Positions 1-8,827 of a stretch of DNA of 51,571 nt are shown here, in pieces. Each line of letters begins with the position of its first letter. Positions within the stretch are counted from its first letter, which is position 1. The notes beneath the pieces are model-generated. The model did no database searches, had not been told where the DNA came from, and saw only the letters and a program-made list of their open reading frames with translations. A program made the position numbers and the translations under genes. The DNA lies in assembly GCA_044507735.1 (NCBI GenBank), contig JBIQJB010000014.1, positions 1-51,571 of the forward strand, given 5' to 3'. The stretch comes from Nitrosopumilales archaeon (GTDB lineage Archaea > Thermoproteota > Nitrososphaeria > Nitrososphaerales > Nitrososphaeraceae).

Positions 1-445
1 TCCCAGCCGTTAAGTATGGTTAAATAGAAGAGAAAGCAACGAACGCCTCATCTGTTATGGAACAGTAGCAGAAGGAGTTCATCGAATGAACCATCGGTCA
101 TGTGACAATTTTTCTAAAAGCTGTCAAAATCGTCACTCTTGCACTTGTCCGACAGGAAGTGCTGAACTGCGTTTCAAAAATTGTTGGAAGGTTTCGCAGG
201 ACATCATCTTGATGCATTGAAATCCAATATTGAAAATAATCCGGAAGGTTATCAAGTCATCTGCGAATGTCAACAGATGCTCTCTGGCGATATGTACAAG
301 AAAGCAACGATTACAGTGTACATTTCAATATTGGTTAAGGGCATTGCATTGTCCACATATTAAGTACAGAATATTCTTGGAGCGTTTGTCTAGATTAGTC
401 AGTTGAGAGGTACAGACGTTCTGACATTTCCGGAATTCAGAAGTA

Positions 446-805
446 CTACAAGAATTCGATGTTGAGCGACTTGATCTTTTTCCCGCTTGCAGGGTCATCT
501 TCAAATTGAAATGTGAATTTTCCCTTTACCTTGTCTCCCTTCTCAAATGTTATCAATGCTATCACCGTGTTGGGCCTAGTTGATTTTTCGATCTTGATTG
601 TACGTTGCAAGCTGCTATTTGCCATCATTGCCACCTTCAGAAAGGGCTCTATTGAGGACCTGCCTTTCAATCCTCCACTTATGTTGCTAAATGGTTCGTG
701 GACTACTGCGTCGTAATCAAAAAGATCCAATATGCCGGAAAGATCCTTAGCGTCAATGCATTTGAAGTATCGGCGTATTATTGCTTCGCCGTCAAGTGGC
801 GGCAT
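446..805 (-). CDS. SnoaL/NTF2-like fold protein
   Basis: Pattern IIRRYF..ID.KDL..ILDLF..DAVVHEP...LKGR..I..F is typical of SnoaL_2/NTF2. The frame is open upstream to ATA codons at 835/838. Confidence 0.75.
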   Translation of the reverse strand: MPPLDGEAIIRRYFKCIDAKDLSGILDLFDYDAVVHEPFSNISGGLKGRSSIEPFLKVAMMANSSLQRTIKIEKSTRPNTVIALITFEKGDKVKGKFTFQFEDDPASGKKIKSLNIEFL

Positions 806-889
806 CTGCGCTCGAACTTTAGGCTTCGTGGATATTATTCACCTTTTTGCTACTCTTGATAGATGCATTAGACTAATAACAACTAGGAA

Positions 890-904
890 TGCACTGCAAT
901 GCAA
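890..904. promoter_or_regulatory. (TGCAN)x3 box upstream of the SnoaL gene
   Basis: TGCAC TGCAA TGCAA. On the minus strand it is followed by T, 8 nt, then GTTATTAG (TATA-like). Confidence 0.55.
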
Positions 905-911
905 TGTTATA

Positions 912-1526
912 TTACCGCAGCACAACTTCTGCCACTGTAGTATTTGGAGTAGTACTGATTTCCGCCCTGACATTGGCTAGATTCTGGAAAATAAGAGCCA
1001 ATAGTTCCTTTGTAAAGAGCGACCAATTTTCTCCTAGCTCGTGCTGTATTATAAAGACATGTTTTCTTGCCCCTTCCAGCTTGTGGTCGGCCTTTATTCC
1101 AGAGACTTTCATGTATTCCTCAAGTACTGCTAGCACTACCCACAAGTTGTACTGTCTCTTCATAAGGAGCACGGAATCTTTCATTAGTCCAAATGCCAGC
1201 TGAGCGGCCTCTTTTATGATTTCATCACGGTAGCGTTCTATGTCCTTTATGCCACTGCTCTTTGCAACAGATACGGCTCTATCAATTAGGCTAGACAATA
1301 TCGCCTTTGGGACAGGCATCATACCTATCTTGTTTTCAAACCTATCCCACTCAGCATATCTCTTTAGAACTTGGTTCACCAGCACGTTGAGTGATATTTC
1401 CCTATTGTCCGCCTCTGATTGAAGTTCGTCCACTACTGCAGAGTCAAGCCTAAATGTAACACTGCGTGTTTTCTTCGATTGCGAGGCGCCATCGGGGATA
1501 CCGCCAACTGTGCCACCTTCAGACAT
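912..1526 (-). CDS. Ribbon-helix-helix (CopG/Arc-like) regulator with C-terminal putative ligand-binding domain
   Basis: N-terminal TRSVTFRLDSAVVDELQSEADNREISLNVLVNQVLKRY is a classic RHH, followed by an ~140 aa alpha/beta domain. Confidence 0.7.
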   Translation of the reverse strand: MSEGGTVGGIPDGASQSKKTRSVTFRLDSAVVDELQSEADNREISLNVLVNQVLKRYAEWDRFENKIGMMPVPKAILSSLIDRAVSVAKSSGIKDIERYRDEIIKEAAQLAFGLMKDSVLLMKRQYNLWVVLAVLEEYMKVSGIKADHKLEGARKHVFIIQHELGENWSLFTKELLALIFQNLANVRAEISTTPNTTVAEVVLR

Positions 1527-1616
1527 TTTTTAGTAGTAATCGTATGAAATGAGCGTATTAAAAGGATTCCAATAATACACGGTTATCAGAACGGTTGCAA
1601 CATAAGAGAGACTCTC

Positions 1617-2198
1617 TTACCACTGACGAAGGTCTCCTTCCAACAGCCCGCTACCTAAGTGAAGTCTATCGATATGCTTTGAAAGTTCGTCCTTGTTAGG
1701 AAATTCCGAGTGACAATATGGACAGAGTATGCGTGACGAATGGATATCTGCGGGCGGCTCAACTTCTGCCAGGTCCAGTGCCCTTTCTAAGGTGTTGCCT
1801 ACTATTGACCTAAGCGTCAGCATTCCGACAACGTTTCCACCTTCTTCGGTGACTGGCAATCTTCTGATATTATTTGTCCTCATTATCTCAATTGCATCCT
1901 TTAGACTGCGATCGCCATCGATTGTTATGAGAGGTGTGCTCATCACGGCCTTTAGAGTAGTCTTGAAAGGCCCCCTATTTTCTGCGACAACGCGATATAA
2001 CATGTCTTTTTCTGTTACTATTCCAACGCAAGATTTCCGCTCTGGGTTGCCTACCAAGACGCTCATGACTCCCCTCTTCCGCATCTCCTTGGCAGCCTCA
2101 GCGACAAGAGTTGATTCTCCTAGTATCACAATGTTCTTGTCTGCCAATTCTATCGCTTTCTTTAACACAATGCCGTTATTATCAACGGTCATTTCCAT
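1617..2198 (-). CDS. CBS-pair protein with C-terminal C2H2 zinc finger
   Basis: GIVTEKDM and IRRLPV...VVGMLT CBS motifs, plus CPYC-x12-H-x4-H (CPYCHSEFPNKDELSKHIDRLH). Confidence 0.85.
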   Translation of the reverse strand: MEMTVDNNGIVLKKAIELADKNIVILGESTLVAEAAKEMRKRGVMSVLVGNPERKSCVGIVTEKDMLYRVVAENRGPFKTTLKAVMSTPLITIDGDRSLKDAIEIMRTNNIRRLPVTEEGGNVVGMLTLRSIVGNTLERALDLAEVEPPADIHSSRILCPYCHSEFPNKDELSKHIDRLHLGSGLLEGDLRQW

Positions 2199-2244
2199 CT
2201 CCCCTATGCAGTAAAAGCTTACCCATCAATATATTGTGAATGTA

Positions 2245-2259
2245 TGCAGTGCAATGCAC
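2245..2259. promoter_or_regulatory. (TGCAN)x3 box upstream of the CBS-zinc finger gene
   Basis: TGCAG TGCAA TGCAC. On the minus strand it is followed by T, 8 nt, then AATATATT. Confidence 0.55.
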
Positions 2260-2515
2260 CACATTCCCATAATTCAGAAAAAAGGTCCTAGATTCGCGGG
2301 GCGAGAAATATCACGTCAGCAACAGCAGAAGATTCAGCATTTACCGCTGTTGCAAGCCATGCATCGAAATCACAGGTCCTCCCTGTTACGATCAGTGCAA
2401 AGGTCAGGTACGCATACCAGAGATTTATACTCAGAAATAAATCAAGCAATCGACCTGCCAGGAGAGGAACGTCTCATTTCAGCAACAATAATTGCCCTAT
2501 GATGCCGTCTTCTAT

Positions 2516-2546
2516 TGCAATGCACTGCATTCTTGACCTTTAAATA
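2516..2546 (+). promoter_or_regulatory. (TGCAN)x3 box plus TATA box of the CBS-USP operon
   Basis: TGCAA TGCAC TGCAT, 8 nt, then TTTAAATA (2539-2546), about 28 nt before the ATG at 2574. Confidence 0.6.
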
Positions 2547-2564
2547 AAATTTGGCTGCAAGTCA

Positions 2565-3404
2565 ATGTTGTACATGAAACCACGACCAGGACAGCAACAA
2601 AAGCGGAAAGCTAGGAAAAAATCGTTAAAAGTTGGCAGCTTTATGAGCTCTCCAGTCATTTCGTCCGGACCTGAAACAAATCTGCTCGATGCTGTAGATG
2701 CGATGATAAAGAACGGCATAGGCACGATCGCAATCGTCGATGGCGAGAGAGTGGTTGGTGTCATTACTGAAAGAGAAATACTGCACCACCTTGTTCTGAA
2801 CAAGACCGTATCTAATAAACAGACAAAGTATCTACTGACGAAAAAGTTTGCAAAGGTAACTCCGGAAACTTCCATTCTTGATGCGGCAAGAATAATGATA
2901 TCTAAGAAGGCAAGGTTACTCGTCTTCCAGAAGGACAAACGAACTGGCGCAGATCAGTTAGTGGGCATAATTACAGCATCAGATATCGTCAGGGCATTTC
3001 TGAAAGCAGGCCATAAAAGGAATCCTTCACTTGAGAAGGTCATGACGAACAAGATCTTTACGATCAGCCCAGAAAGTAGTATCCTGGCGGCTGTCAAATT
3101 GATGGTCAAGAAGAGAATAGGGAGTGTGGTGCTGACAACTAATGGGCCGCCTTATGCCATATTTACTGAGAGAGATCTGCTTAACAGAGTCCTGGCAGGA
3201 CAGCGAATAGACATTGAAGAAAGAGTCGGTGACTATTGCACCTATCCAATTGTTACTGCAAAAGTCGGTATAACAGCAAAGCGCGCCGCAAAGATGATGT
3301 TATCACGCAAGATCAAGAGACTGCCGCTAACAACGAAAGGAAACAAGATTGTTGCCATGGTTACTGCCAGAGACTTGGTAGAGGCGTTCCAAAGGAGTAG
3401 ATAG
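2565..3404 (+). CDS. Four-CBS-domain protein
   Basis: Four CBS repeats (GVITERE, GIITASD, AIFTERD, AMVTARD). The true start may be the ATG at 2574. Confidence 0.88.
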   Translation: MLYMKPRPGQQQKRKARKKSLKVGSFMSSPVISSGPETNLLDAVDAMIKNGIGTIAIVDGERVVGVITEREILHHLVLNKTVSNKQTKYLLTKKFAKVTPETSILDAARIMISKKARLLVFQKDKRTGADQLVGIITASDIVRAFLKAGHKRNPSLEKVMTNKIFTISPESSILAAVKLMVKKRIGSVVLTTNGPPYAIFTERDLLNRVLAGQRIDIEERVGDYCTYPIVTAKVGITAKRAAKMMLSRKIKRLPLTTKGNKIVAMVTARDLVEAFQRSR

Positions 3405-3410
3405 ATAAGA

Positions 3411-3872
3411 ATGTCATCTACGTCAACAAGTGACATAAACCTCAGACAGATAATCGTGCCACTGGATGGCTCCGAGTCATCATTTCAAGCAGCAAGGTAT
3501 GCCATCAAGATTGCCAAAATGGCAAAAGCAGAGATAATTTTCATGCATGCCGTCGTAAAACCACCCTATATAGAGTTCAAAGGTGCAGGCATAGCCCTCA
3601 TGCATTACATAGAGGAGATAAAGAAGTATGCAGAAACATGGTACAAGACTGTTGGAGAGATAGCATCAAAAGAGGGCGTGAAATTCTCAACCGACACCAT
3701 CTTGGATGTGGTTTCAGCACCTGATGCAATCGTGAACTACGCCCAAGACAAGAAAGCTGACCTGATAGTCATTGGCACAAAAGGGAGAAGTGGGATAAAA
3801 CGAGTTCTGTTGGGCAGCGTCGCAAGCGGAGTTGTATCCCATGCTAAATGCCCAGTTCTTGTTGTAAGATAA
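3411..3872 (+). CDS. Universal stress protein (UspA family)
   Basis: IIVPLDGSESS ... DLIVIGTKGRSGIKRVLLGSVASGVVSHAKCPVLVVR. Confidence 0.95.
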   Translation: MSSTSTSDINLRQIIVPLDGSESSFQAARYAIKIAKMAKAEIIFMHAVVKPPYIEFKGAGIALMHYIEEIKKYAETWYKTVGEIASKEGVKFSTDTILDVVSAPDAIVNYAQDKKADLIVIGTKGRSGIKRVLLGSVASGVVSHAKCPVLVVR

Positions 3873-4004
3873 CTGCAATCGAGTATTTTTCAAACGGTCA
3901 AAAAAAGCGCGCAGATTTGGAACATTCAAGCGGCGAACCCTCCATAAGCGTAAGGCTCCACATCCACCCCATTTGTTTTCTTCCTCAAGAGAAGCTGTGG
4001 CTTC

Positions 4005-5006
4005 TTAGGGGTTGATTGACGCTAATAGCTTAGATAGGCTGAACGGTTTTGTTATAATATCAATGCCCGGCTCGCTTTTTCCTGCATCTGCTATCGACGT
4101 CGTAGTTACAACAATTCTCTTATCAGGCAGCTTTTCCTTTATCTTTCTGGCAACCTCAACTATATTGTACTCATTGGAGTTAGCATCCATGATAATAAGG
4201 TCAAAACCTGCGTCTCCGTTGCTAAAGATGCGATCGAGGCATTCGGTACTGTTGTCTACAATCATTACATCGAACCCCATCTTAGAAAGATAGCGACTAT
4301 ACAAATACTTCATATCAGGATTCGACTCTGAAATCAAAGCTCTCCTTGCTCCATGCCTTCCAACATTGTGCTGGCCATCAGCAGACTGCATACTCGGTCT
4401 TTTGTAATGGTCGAGGTGAAGCGTCAGGGTGTGCACGCTCGCAATCATGTCCTTTGAATCCATATTTAGAATTCTACTCGGATGTGGACAGATTACTGTG
4501 ATGTTCTGCTCATTGTTTTTCCATCCCTGATAGACGCTCTGCCACCAGCTTTCCAGCGCCACACACTCCTCAAATTGCCCACTTTCTGACAACGTGCAAG
4601 CTGCGTCAGCAAAGACCAACACCCTGTCTCCCCTGCGGCCATCCATCTTCTGGTTTAGCAGCCGTTCAAGCTTGATCTTGAGCTGCCAAAAGGATGCAAG
4701 GCTACCCTTTTGAGCGGATTCAAAGAAAGGTTTCAAATCCACCACAACAAGATTGCCCTTTCTTACGTTTTCCTCGAAATCTGTTATCATAGAAGATATC
4801 CTAGATGTGTGCCACTTGCTGGCGCTATCGAGTGCGCCGACTGAGGCATAAACACAGAGGCGGTTATTTCTTAATCCCTCATCTATACAATGCGCTGCCG
4901 CAATGTTGCGCTCATTGTCACTGTCGTAAAGCAACATTACGTGTTCAGGACGTGCAGGACTAACTAGGCTTGTCATCTGTTGTTCTTTGTCTCCTCCCTC
5001 TGGCAT
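4005..5006 (-). CDS. MEDS (DcmR-like) sensory domain fused to a receiver domain
   Basis: EHVMLLYDS...GL..N.LCVY and LE.WW..ICP MEDS motifs. C-terminal REC domain with DLIIMD and KPF. Confidence 0.75.
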   Translation of the reverse strand: MPEGGDKEQQMTSLVSPARPEHVMLLYDSDNERNIAAAHCIDEGLRNNRLCVYASVGALDSASKWHTSRISSMITDFEENVRKGNLVVVDLKPFFESAQKGSLASFWQLKIKLERLLNQKMDGRRGDRVLVFADAACTLSESGQFEECVALESWWQSVYQGWKNNEQNITVICPHPSRILNMDSKDMIASVHTLTLHLDHYKRPSMQSADGQHNVGRHGARRALISESNPDMKYLYSRYLSKMGFDVMIVDNSTECLDRIFSNGDAGFDLIIMDANSNEYNIVEVARKIKEKLPDKRIVVTTTSIADAGKSEPGIDIITKPFSLSKLLASINP

Positions 5007-5171
5007 TAGCTAAGCAACATGATATTTCAATAACTGTCCTTGCATTTCTAAAGCAACAGATGCTACCTGTTGGGTCTTCCTGCGTCATAATAGTTATCAG
5101 GCAACCAGAAGACAATCGAAATAATAAATAATGATGATGTATTTTTCGATAGAAAAATCTCTAACAATTGA

Positions 5172-5885
5172 CTATTTCTTGCCACCATAGGTCCACAGGG
5201 CACCACTGATCGCACCAAGGGCAAACCAGAATGCAGTCATGGATAGCGAGATAGCGGATCGCCATGCGTTTATCACAGGCTGCGGAAGAAAGGAGTCATC
5301 TTCACTTTCGTAATCAGGAAAGACAAGGAATGCGCCCGCCACTACTGCGAGATAAAGGGCACCTGCGCCAAACACCTTCTCCTTCCTCCTTACCTTGCTA
5401 AAGCCATATGCTATTGATGCAGCCGCAACGCCCGACACCGCAGTATATCCAATCAGGAGCGGCTGGTAGACGGCGGCTGCCTCGGAGCGGAACACCGCCT
5501 CAGGGCTTGGAGGGTATTTCAACGTAGGCACAACATACAAGACAAACCATGCAATTCCTGCTATCACCAAAGCAGATTTTAACGCACTCACCCCAGCATT
5601 TTTGCTGTTGATAGCTATGAATGCGCTGCCAACCAGAATCCCACCTCCGAGCCCGGTCACTATCGCCCCGTACTGCTGCGAAAAGTAGATAGATTGAATC
5701 TGTACATCAAACTCTTCTTCGTCAAACGCCCCATCTGCAAGAAGGTTCTCAAGTTCAATGTCTGCAAGCAACATAGTATATGGTTGCACGAGCGCAAGGT
5801 TGATTCCTGCAAGGATACCTCCAGCAACGACTCCAGCCACTAGTGCCAGACCAATAATTCTGCCAGTAGCCTGTTCAATACTCAT
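5172..5885 (-). CDS. cbtA: CbtA-family putative cobalt transporter subunit
   Basis: About 6 TM helices and the family motif W...VVP.LKYPPSP ... WR.AI....FW. Confidence 0.8.
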   Translation of the reverse strand: MSIEQATGRIIGLALVAGVVAGGILAGINLALVQPYTMLLADIELENLLADGAFDEEEFDVQIQSIYFSQQYGAIVTGLGGGILVGSAFIAINSKNAGVSALKSALVIAGIAWFVLYVVPTLKYPPSPEAVFRSEAAAVYQPLLIGYTAVSGVAAASIAYGFSKVRRKEKVFGAGALYLAVVAGAFLVFPDYESEDDSFLPQPVINAWRSAISLSMTAFWFALGAISGALWTYGGKK

Positions 5886-6118
5886 ATCTCTTCTTCAAGT
5901 TCTTCAAACGCGGATGCTTTGGAGATTTCGTGGAGTCGCATGGCGACTCTCCGGCGGTACTCTGCCTTGTTGATCATGCCCTTTTCGTCGAGCATATCAA
6001 CTAGCGTGTCCAGCCGGGCGCTCAGCTCTTCGGTTTCGCTCAGCTCCTTGCCGGTTATCTTCTTGGGCGCTGCAAGATCGTTGTCATGGTCATCCCCACG
6101 GCTACGGCGGCCACTCAT
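5882..6118 (-). CDS. Small hypothetical protein translationally coupled to cbtA
   Basis: ATGA overlap with the cbtA start. LVDMLDEKGMINKAEY helical motif. Start taken at ATG 6118 (ORF track gives 6229). Confidence 0.6.
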   Translation of the reverse strand: MSGRRSRGDDHDNDLAAPKKITGKELSETEELSARLDTLVDMLDEKGMINKAEYRRRVAMRLHEISKASAFEELEEEI

Positions 6119-6461
6119 CTTCCTTTTCTGCTTGTCTGCTGCAACCATCCAGCTGGATTGGCGGGGCGGAAGTATATAATTGTCAGTTGAGCAGCTTGAG
6201 ACCCTGCTAGAGCATTCCACACATACCAATCAAACCCGCAAATCCCCTTATTGCACAAATCGGAGGCAAGCAAAGGGCGTTCGGAACCGTTGACTCCTGA
6301 CGGCCTCATTGGGAAATTTAGTATGCGTAGCGGGTACTGAGAACCTTCAGAAATGGCGATTCAGTTGTGCAAGAAGGTGGGTTTTGTGACAAATCACCTT
6401 TCTGGCTGCGTGAGAGATGTTTTAAATATTGTCATGTGGCATTCGACTTTATTAGTCCAAT

Positions 6462-6818
6462 ATGACAGCTACAAGCGAGTTGGAATGGTACCTCCGTGAC
6501 CATCTGTTCAGGCAGTCAAACGCTGACAAGAGTTCGTTCAGGAAAGAGTCGCTTCCAAATGAGATGGTGACACTTTACCTGCGGTACAGGAATGCTGACC
6601 TCCAGCAGCTGTCGCAATTGATGGAGCCTGTGGTACAGAACTTGGTTTCAAGAAGAGTGCTCGAGCAAGAGGGCAACGAGTTGAAGTTGCCCGGCAGGCT
6701 ATCGCGGCTCCAATGCGCAAGGTGCTTTTATATCAACTATCTTGCAGAAGTAGAACCAAGGTCATGTCTCCGATGCCAGCACCCCGAGCTTTACGATTTT
6801 CCAAGGAAGAAAGCTTGA
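6462..6818 (+). CDS. Hypothetical protein, winged-helix-like N-terminus plus C-terminal Zn ribbon
   Basis: CARC-x11-CLRC. TATA-like TTTAAATA about 35 nt upstream. Ends 24 nt before ycaO. Confidence 0.75.
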   Translation: MTATSELEWYLRDHLFRQSNADKSSFRKESLPNEMVTLYLRYRNADLQQLSQLMEPVVQNLVSRRVLEQEGNELKLPGRLSRLQCARCFYINYLAEVEPRSCLRCQHPELYDFPRKKA

Positions 6819-6842
6819 TATGAACTCCGGCAAGAGTTCTAT

Positions 6843-8171
6843 TTGGTGCAGCTGCAGAGCAGGAAGAAGTGGACCATAAACGGGACATCCAGAATTAGGC
6901 CGGCGCAAGAGACTTTGGAAAAGGTCATCCCGATTTCAAGGAGGATAGGGGTTACAAGGCTTGCGGACATTACAGACATGGATGTGCTTCGCATTCCAAA
7001 CTACTCCTCAGTCTTGCCAGGCACAGAGGATTACATCTGGGTCTACAGTGGCAAAGGTCCTACCAGAGAGCATGCAATGGCAAGTGCCTTGATGGAGAGC
7101 ATCGAGAGATATTCATCGCTCCCATCGGGTGGGACATGGAAATTTATCAGGTCGAGCTATGCAGACCTATCAAAGACTCGAAGGGTTTTGCACCCAGACA
7201 AGATAGTTGAGCCAACACGCTTTGAATACCGCGACGACATGCTTATGGACTGGCTGCCAGGCTACGACATTGCAAGTGGCGAGGAGGTGATGGTGCCCGC
7301 ATCGGTGGCGCTCTTTCGTTACACACCTTCCCCTCCTGCAGTCAACCCGTATGCGTATTTCCACACAAACGGGCTTGCGTCTGGCAACGTAATGGAGGAA
7401 GCAGTGTGTCATGCGCTTTGCGAAGTAATCGAAAGAGACGCCATCAGCCTTGCCGAGCTTAGAGCAAGTGCGATCCCATTCCACATTTTGAGGACAATAC
7501 ATCATTCGCTGACCTCTGCGGGACTGAAGCTGCCCCCCATTCCTGCTCATAGCTTTGTAGACGATCCAAGCGTATTCCCTGAAGTCGATATATCAGACAT
7601 AGATTTTGAGCCTGTCAGAAGCCTCGTTGAAAAATTCGAGCGGGCAGGCATCTCGTTGACGATAAAGGACATTACCTCAGACATTGGAATCCCTACGTTC
7701 AATGCCAGTAGCGTGGAGTGGGTCACCCATGACTACGGCTACCTTGCTGAGGGCCATGGCACGCACCCGGACGCAAGGATAGCCCTATTGCGGGCGATAA
7801 CAGAGGTGTCACAGACAAGGGCAGCCAACATACAAGGTGCAAGGGACGATCTGCGCAAGATAAAGTATGGCGAGCAAAACACAGACGACCGGCGCGCATG
7901 GCAGTTCATGCCGTCATCAAGAAAGATCAAATTCTCGGAAGTCAAGACGTTTTTTAACGAAGACATTCTTGACGACATCAAGCTTATATTGTCACGGCTC
8001 CAAGCCGCGGGGCTCTCTCAGGTGATAATCGTTGATCTTACAAACCCAGAAATTGGAATCCCTGTTGTCAGAGCAATAGTGCCGGGTCTGGAGACCTTTA
8101 AGATAACAAAATCTGTGATGGGCGTGCGCGCAAGAGCGTGTTTTGGACAATGGAAGAAAGCAAGCCAGTAA
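6843..8171 (+). CDS. ycaO: YcaO-family ATP-dependent backbone-modifying enzyme (TfuA-associated, thioamide-forming type)
   Basis: GVTRLADIT, SGKG.T...A.ASALMESIERYS, TNGLASGN..EEA..HALCEVIERD, RAITEV.QTR, PVVRAIVPGLE. No C-terminal PxP motif. Confidence 0.93.
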   Translation: MVQLQSRKKWTINGTSRIRPAQETLEKVIPISRRIGVTRLADITDMDVLRIPNYSSVLPGTEDYIWVYSGKGPTREHAMASALMESIERYSSLPSGGTWKFIRSSYADLSKTRRVLHPDKIVEPTRFEYRDDMLMDWLPGYDIASGEEVMVPASVALFRYTPSPPAVNPYAYFHTNGLASGNVMEEAVCHALCEVIERDAISLAELRASAIPFHILRTIHHSLTSAGLKLPPIPAHSFVDDPSVFPEVDISDIDFEPVRSLVEKFERAGISLTIKDITSDIGIPTFNASSVEWVTHDYGYLAEGHGTHPDARIALLRAITEVSQTRAANIQGARDDLRKIKYGEQNTDDRRAWQFMPSSRKIKFSEVKTFFNEDILDDIKLILSRLQAAGLSQVIIVDLTNPEIGIPVVRAIVPGLETFKITKSVMGVRARACFGQWKKASQ

Positions 8172-8827
8172 TATTCCTGGGGCCGTCGCTAAGCCACGAG
8201 AAAGCAAGAAAGATTCTTGATGCAGACTATAGGCCTCCTGCGAAAAAAGGCGACTTTTTGCGGCTGGCAGCAGATCCAAAGGTCACTATGGTAGGCTTTG
8301 TCGACGGTGTCTTCCTGCAGGACTACCCTCCTACGCCAATCGAAGTATACCAGCTGGCAAGAAGACCGGGCGTCTTTCTGGCCGGCGCGGCAAGCCTTGG
8401 TGCGCTGCGCGCGGTCGAGCTTGAAAAGTTTGGGATGGTGGGAATTGGCAAGGTATTCCAGCTATACAAATCTGGAAAAGTAATTGCCGACGACGAAGTG
8501 GCAGTCACATTTGCGCAAGAAGGCGACGACTACCGGCTCCAGTCAGAAGCAATGATAGACATCCGCTACAACCTCTTTCTTGCGCACAAGAAAGCCATTA
8601 TCAGCAAAAAGACCAAAGTCGCGATCTCCAAAGTTGCCAAAGAGATCTATTTCCCACACCGTAACTATGCGCACATTGCCGAGGAGTCGAAGAACAGACA
8701 TCCAAATCTTGCCAAAGAGATCGACTCGTTTGTCAGCTATCTAGCGTCCAACAGGAAAAGCCTGAAAGAAATCGACGCCATAAGGCTGATACATTATCTC
8801 AAGGAGCAGTTTGAGAAGCGCGCATAA
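8150..8827 (+). CDS. tfuA: TfuA-like protein
   Basis: IFLGPSL, PPAKKGD, VDGVF, GAASLGALRAVEL...GMVGIG, DDEVAV. Overlaps the 3' end of ycaO. Start taken at ATG 8150. Confidence 0.93.
   Translation: MEESKPVIFLGPSLSHEKARKILDADYRPPAKKGDFLRLAADPKVTMVGFVDGVFLQDYPPTPIEVYQLARRPGVFLAGAASLGALRAVELEKFGMVGIGKVFQLYKSGKVIADDEVAVTFAQEGDDYRLQSEAMIDIRYNLFLAHKKAIISKKTKVAISKVAKEIYFPHRNYAHIAEESKNRHPNLAKEIDSFVSYLASNRKSLKEIDAIRLIHYLKEQFEKRA

Noticed and set aside
1-445. Short ORFs (181-363 and others) and a partial GCATTGCATTG box at 341
   Set aside because: No recognisable protein. The box has only about two units and no clear downstream gene.
6230-6460. Possible cobalamin riboswitch upstream of cbtA
   Set aside because: No B12-box or conserved core could be identified by eye.
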